A stretch of 32,000 nt of DNA, from assembly GCF_001457615.1 (NCBI RefSeq), contig NZ_LN831024.1, forward strand, positions 2,820,001 to 2,852,000, written 5' to 3'. The notes beneath the pieces are model-generated. The model ran no database searches, was not told the origin of the DNA, and worked only from the letters and a program-made list of their open reading frames with translations. Positions 28,192-32,000 of the stretch are shown one piece after another (positions within the stretch are counted from its first letter, which is position 1; each line of letters opens with the position of its first letter). A program made the position numbers and the translations under genes. The DNA comes from Pseudomonas aeruginosa (lineage in GTDB: Bacteria; Pseudomonadota; Gammaproteobacteria; Pseudomonadales; Pseudomonadaceae).

Positions 28192-28246
28192 CGAGGGTTC
28201 CGTTTGCGCCCTGTCGTCTCTGTTCGATGGCAAGGCTTTAAAGCTG

Positions 28247-28265
28247 GATGAGAATTATTATAAAT
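28247..28265. promoter_or_regulatory. Possible Fur box in the fpvR/fpvI divergent promoter
   Basis: GATGAGAATTATTATAAAT, about 11/19 to the Fur consensus by eye, in an AT-rich island. Confidence 0.5.
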
Positions 28266-28298
28266 TTAATGATTTCAGGCTGCCAACATCGCCTGTGG

Positions 28299-28309
28299 GG
28301 TTTCCCATT
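28299..28309 (-). promoter_or_regulatory. Second copy of the AATGGGAAACC element, oriented towards fpvR on the minus strand
   Basis: Identical to the element at 14139-14149 upstream of fpvA. Confidence 0.4.
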
Positions 28310-28351
28310 CTGTCAAGGATAGCGCTCACGCGGTAGCGAGCAGGAGTTGTC

Positions 28352-28831
28352 TTGGAAAACCATTATCGGGAGCTGTTGCGCTTTCTCAGCGCCAGGCTCG
28401 GAGACCGACAGGCGGCGGCCGACGTTGCTCACGACGCGTATTTGCGCGTGCTGGAACGCTCCAGTCAAGCGCGAATCGAGCATCCGCGGGCGTTCCTGTA
28501 CCGGACGGCGCTCAATCTCGCGGTCGACGAGCATCGCCGCAGCCGGGTGCGCAAGGCCGAGCCCTTGCACGTCCTCGACGAGGAGGAGGGTATGTCCGAG
28601 CCTTCCCCCCAGGTACTCGAGGACCAGCGCCAGCGCCTCGACCTCTTGACCCTGGCGCTGAACGAACTGCCGCCGCTGTGCCGCGAGTCCTTCCTCCTGC
28701 GCAAGCTGGAAGGTCTTTCCCACAACGAGATAGCGGCGCACCTGAATATCTCCCGCAGTCTCGTGGAAAAGCACATCGTCAATGCGATGAGGCACTGCCG
28801 CCTGCGCATGCAAGCCTGGGAGTCCAGTTGA
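28352..28831 (+). CDS. fpvI: FpvI, ECF sigma factor, 159 aa
   Basis: Sigma-70 region 2-like DVAHDAYLRVLERS; region 4-like LPPLCRESFLLRKLEGLSHNEIAAHLNISRSLVEKHIVNAMRHCR. Confidence 0.95.
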   Translation: MENHYRELLRFLSARLGDRQAAADVAHDAYLRVLERSSQARIEHPRAFLYRTALNLAVDEHRRSRVRKAEPLHVLDEEEGMSEPSPQVLEDQRQRLDLLTLALNELPPLCRESFLLRKLEGLSHNEIAAHLNISRSLVEKHIVNAMRHCRLRMQAWESS

Positions 28832-28842
28832 TCCAGCGCGGT

Positions 28843-28866
28843 TAAATTTCGTTTCCCGGTCCTCGT
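28843..28866 (+). promoter_or_regulatory. PvdS iron-starvation box for pvdA
   Basis: TAAAT-N16-CGT, exact, about 80 nt upstream of the pvdA ATG. Confidence 0.88.
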
Positions 28867-28947
28867 TCCTAGTCAACAGACGCCCTTACGGGCCGCTCTT
28901 GACCTATCGCTCCCCGGTTTCGGGAGCCTATCCAGAGGACACTGGAA

Positions 28948-30279
28948 ATGACCCAGGCTACAGCAACCGCCGTCGTTCACGACCTTATCGGTATCGGCTT
29001 CGGCCCCTCGAACATCGCCCTGGCGATCGCCCTTGAGGAACGCGCGAGGACCCAGGGGGAACTGCAAGTCCTGTTCCTCGACAAACAGGCCGACTATCGC
29101 TGGCACGGCAATACCCTGGTCAGCCAGAGCGAGTTGCAGATTTCCTTCCTCAAGGACCTGGTATCCCTGCGCAATCCAACCAGTCCCTATTCCTTCGTCA
29201 ACTACCTGCACAAACATGGGCGCCTGGTGGACTTCATCAACCTGGGCACCTTCTACCCCTGCCGCATGGAGTTCAACGACTATCTGCGCTGGGTCGCCGG
29301 CCACTTCGCCGAGCAGAGCCGTTATGGCGAGGAAGTGCTGTCGGTCGAGCCGATGCTGGTCGAGCGCAAGGTCGAGGCGCTGCGGGTGACTTCGCGCAAC
29401 GCCGAAGGCGAGGAGCTTGTGCGGACCACTCGCTCGGTGGTGGTCAGCGCCGGCGGTACGCCACGAATTCCCCTGGCGTTCCGCCACCTGAAGGATGATG
29501 GCAGGGTCTTCCACCATTCGCAGTATCTGGAGCGCATGCTCAAGCAGCCCTGTGTCAACGGCCAGCCGATGAAAGTCGCGATCATCGGCGGCGGACAGAG
29601 TGCCGCCGAAGCCTTCATCGATCTCAACGACAGCTATCCATCGGTACAGGTCGACCTGATCCTGCGCGGTTCGGCGCTGAAGCCGGCGGACGACAGCCCG
29701 TTCGTCAACGAAGTATTCGCGCCCGAGTTCACCGACCTGATCTACAACCAGGAAGGCGCGGAGCGTGAGCGCCTGGTGCGCGAGTACCACAACACCAACT
29801 ATTCGGTGGTGGATATCGACCTGATCGAGCGTATTTACGGCATCTTCTATCGCCAGAAGGTTTCCGGAGTCCCGCGCCACGCCTTCCGTAGCCTGCGCTC
29901 GGTGGAGAAGGCCACGGCAGGCGCCGAGGGTATCGAGCTGGCGCTGCGTAATACCGCCAATGGCGAACTGAGCGTGCAGCGCTACGACCTGGTAATCCTC
30001 GCCACCGGTTATGAGCGGCAGTTGCATCGTCAACTGCTGGAGCCGATGGCCGACTACCTCGGGGACTTCGAGGTCGACCGCAACTATCGTCTGATCACCG
30101 ACCAGCGTTGCCAGGCGTCGATCTACATGCAGGGCTTCTGCCAGGCCAGCCATGGCCTCAGCGACACCCTGCTGTCGGTGCTGCCGGTGCGTGCCGAGGA
30201 AATCTCCGGCTCCCTGTACCAGCACCTGAAGCCCGGCACTGCGGCCCGCGCCCTGCACGAGCACGCCCTGGCCAGCTGA
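28948..30279 (+). CDS. pvdA: PvdA, L-ornithine N5-monooxygenase, 443 aa
   Basis: FAD motif IGFGPSNIALAI, NADPH motif AIIGGGQSAAEAF and LATGYE motif. Confidence 0.97.
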   Translation: MTQATATAVVHDLIGIGFGPSNIALAIALEERARTQGELQVLFLDKQADYRWHGNTLVSQSELQISFLKDLVSLRNPTSPYSFVNYLHKHGRLVDFINLGTFYPCRMEFNDYLRWVAGHFAEQSRYGEEVLSVEPMLVERKVEALRVTSRNAEGEELVRTTRSVVVSAGGTPRIPLAFRHLKDDGRVFHHSQYLERMLKQPCVNGQPMKVAIIGGGQSAAEAFIDLNDSYPSVQVDLILRGSALKPADDSPFVNEVFAPEFTDLIYNQEGAERERLVREYHNTNYSVVDIDLIERIYGIFYRQKVSGVPRHAFRSLRSVEKATAGAEGIELALRNTANGELSVQRYDLVILATGYERQLHRQLLEPMADYLGDFEVDRNYRLITDQRCQASIYMQGFCQASHGLSDTLLSVLPVRAEEISGSLYQHLKPGTAARALHEHALAS

Positions 30280-30401
30280 TCGGCGCCACGCCGCCACGCC
30301 CTGTGTTGCCCGTTTCCCCGCCAGGGGATGCCCGGCACGCAGGGCGTTTTCGTTGCATGTCCCGGCCGTTCCGGCCACCACTTTGCAGAGAAACGACATC
30401 G

Positions 30402-32000
30402 ATGGGGATGCGTACCGTACTGACCGGCCTGGCCGGCATGCTGTTGGGTTCGATGATGCCGGTCCAGGCCGATATGCCGCGGCCGACCGGGCTGGCCGCG
30501 GACATCCGCTGGACCGCCTATGGCGTGCCGCACATCCGGGCCAAGGATGAGCGCGGCCTGGGCTATGGCATCGGCTACGCCTACGCGCGCGACAACGCCT
30601 GCCTGCTGGCCGAGGAGATCGTCACCGCGCGCGGCGAGCGGGCGCGCTATTTCGGCAGCGAGGGCAAGTCGTCGGCCGAGCTGGACAACCTGCCGTCCGA
30701 CATCTTCTACGCCTGGCTCAACCAACCCGAGGCGCTGCAAGCCTTCTGGCAGGCGCAGACGCCCGCGGTACGCCAGTTGCTCGAAGGCTACGCCGCCGGT
30801 TTCAACCGCTTCCTCCGCGAGGCCGACGGCAAGACCACCAGTTGCCTTGGCCAGCCCTGGCTGCGGGCCATCGCGACCGATGACCTGCTGCGCCTGACCC
30901 GGCGCCTGCTGGTCGAAGGCGGGGTCGGCCAGTTCGCCGACGCGCTGGTAGCCGCCGCGCCGCCCGGAGCGGAGAAGGTCGCCTTGAGCGGCGAGCAGGC
31001 GTTCCAGGTCGCCGAGCAGCGGCGCCAGCGCTTCCGCCTGGAGCGCGGCAGCAACGCCATTGCCGTTGGCAGCGAACGTTCGGCGGACGGCAAGGGCATG
31101 CTCCTGGCCAACCCGCACTTCCCCTGGAACGGCGCGATGCGTTTCTACCAGATGCACCTGACCATTCCCGGCCGGCTCGACGTGATGGGGGCCTCGCTGC
31201 CCGGCCTGCCGGTGGTCAACATCGGCTTCAGCCGCCACCTGGCCTGGACCCACACGGTGGATACCTCCAGCCACTTCACCCTGTATCGCCTGGCGCTGGA
31301 CCCGAAGGACCCGCGGCGCTACCTGGTCGACGGTCGTTCGCTGCCGCTGGAGGAGAAGTCCGTCGCGATCGAGGTACGCGGCGCCGACGGCAAGCTGTCG
31401 CGCGTCGAGCACAAGGTCTACCAGTCGATCTACGGCCCGCTGGTGGTCTGGCCCGGCAAGCTGGACTGGAACCGCAGCGAGGCCTATGCGCTGCGTGACG
31501 CCAACCTGGAGAACACCCGGGTACTGCAACAGTGGTACTCGATCAACCAGGCCAGCGACGTCGCCGACCTGCGCCGGCGCGTCGAGGCGCTACAGGGGAT
31601 CCCCTGGGTCAACACCCTGGCCGCGGACGAGCAGGGCAACGCCCTGTACATGAACCAGTCGGTGGTGCCCTACCTGAAGCCGGAACTGATTCCCGCCTGC
31701 GCCATTCCGCAACTGGTCGCCGAAGGCCTGCCGGCCCTCCAGGGGCAGGACAGCCGCTGTGCCTGGAGCCGCGACCCGGCCGCGGCCCAGGCTGGCATCA
31801 CCCCGGCGGCGCAACTGCCGGTGCTGTTGCGCAGGGACTTCGTGCAGAACTCCAACGACAGCGCCTGGCTGACCAACCCGGCGAGCCCGCTGCAGGGCTT
31901 CTCGCCCCTGGTCAGCCAGGAGAAGCCCATCGGTCCGCGGGCGCGCTACGCCCTGAGCCGGCTACAGGGCAAGCAGCCGCTGGAGGCGAAGACGCTCGAG
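30402..32000 (+). CDS. pvdQ: PvdQ, Ntn-hydrolase acylase (pyoverdine fatty-acid deacylase / AHL acylase), 3' truncated by the window
   Basis: Not in the supplied ORF list because no stop occurs in the window. Translation MGMRTVLTGLAGMLLGSMMPVQADMPRPTGLAADIRWTAYGVPHIRA... stays open over the stretches I checked. Autoproteolytic Gly-Ser (LERG/SNAIAVG), Ser at codon 217 (31050-31052). Confidence 0.95.
   Translation, partial: MGMRTVLTGLAGMLLGSMMPVQADMPRPTGLAADIRWTAYGVPHIRAKDERGLGYGIGYAYARDNACLLAEEIVTARGERARYFGSEGKSSAELDNLPSDIFYAWLNQPEALQAFWQAQTPAVRQLLEGYAAGFNRFLREADGKTTSCLGQPWLRAIATDDLLRLTRRLLVEGGVGQFADALVAAAPPGAEKVALSGEQAFQVAEQRRQRFRLERGSNAIAVGSERSADGKGMLLANPHFPWNGAMRFYQMHLTIPGRLDVMGASLPGLPVVNIGFSRHLAWTHTVDTSSHFTLYRLALDPKDPRRYLVDGRSLPLEEKSVAIEVRGADGKLSRVEHKVYQSIYGPLVVWPGKLDWNRSEAYALRDANLENTRVLQQWYSINQASDVADLRRRVEALQGIPWVNTLAADEQGNALYMNQSVVPYLKPELIPACAIPQLVAEGLPALQGQDSRCAWSRDPAAAQAGITPAAQLPVLLRRDFVQNSNDSAWLTNPASPLQGFSPLVSQEKPIGPRARYALSRLQGKQPLEAKTLE

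Noticed and set aside
28261-28284. TAAAT at 28261 in the fpvR/fpvI gap as a PvdS box
   Set aside because: No CGT at 16-nt spacing on either strand. The AT-rich stretch is better explained as a Fur-type site.
28873-30399. 508-aa minus-strand ORF opposite pvdA
   Set aside because: No recognisable domain and fully covered by pvdA in the sense strand.

Overview
This window carries most of a Pseudomonas aeruginosa-type pyoverdine locus, running from the 3' end of the terminal pyoverdine NRPS gene to the 5' part of pvdQ. Gene order: NRPS C-terminal modules (+), orphan HSL-type alpha/beta hydrolase (+), divergent FhuA/FoxA-like fpvA (-), pvdE (-), pvdF (+), pvdO/pvdN/pvdM (-), pvdP (+), opmQ/pvdT/pvdR (-), fpvR (-), fpvI (+), pvdA (+), pvdQ (+, truncated by the window). 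Hand-read NRPS organisation is [C]-A-T-E / C-A-T / C-A-T-TE, with specificity codes DFWNVGMVHK (Thr), DVWHVSLIDK (Ser) and DGEACGGVTK (probably hydroxyornithine). This predicts a C-terminal D-allo-Thr / L-Ser / (cyclo-)OH-Orn peptide, which matches the known type II pyoverdine rather than type I or III. Six PvdS-type iron-starvation boxes with the exact form TAAAT-N16-CGT were found by eye in front of pvdE, pvdF, pvdMNO, pvdP, pvdRT-opmQ and pvdA. fpvA and fpvR/fpvI lack that motif but share an 11-nt AATGGGAAACC element. The least explained items are the orphan hydrolase between the NRPS and the receptor, and this shared 11-nt element. I saw no sign of a wholly new system such as a phage, CRISPR, retron or defence island.
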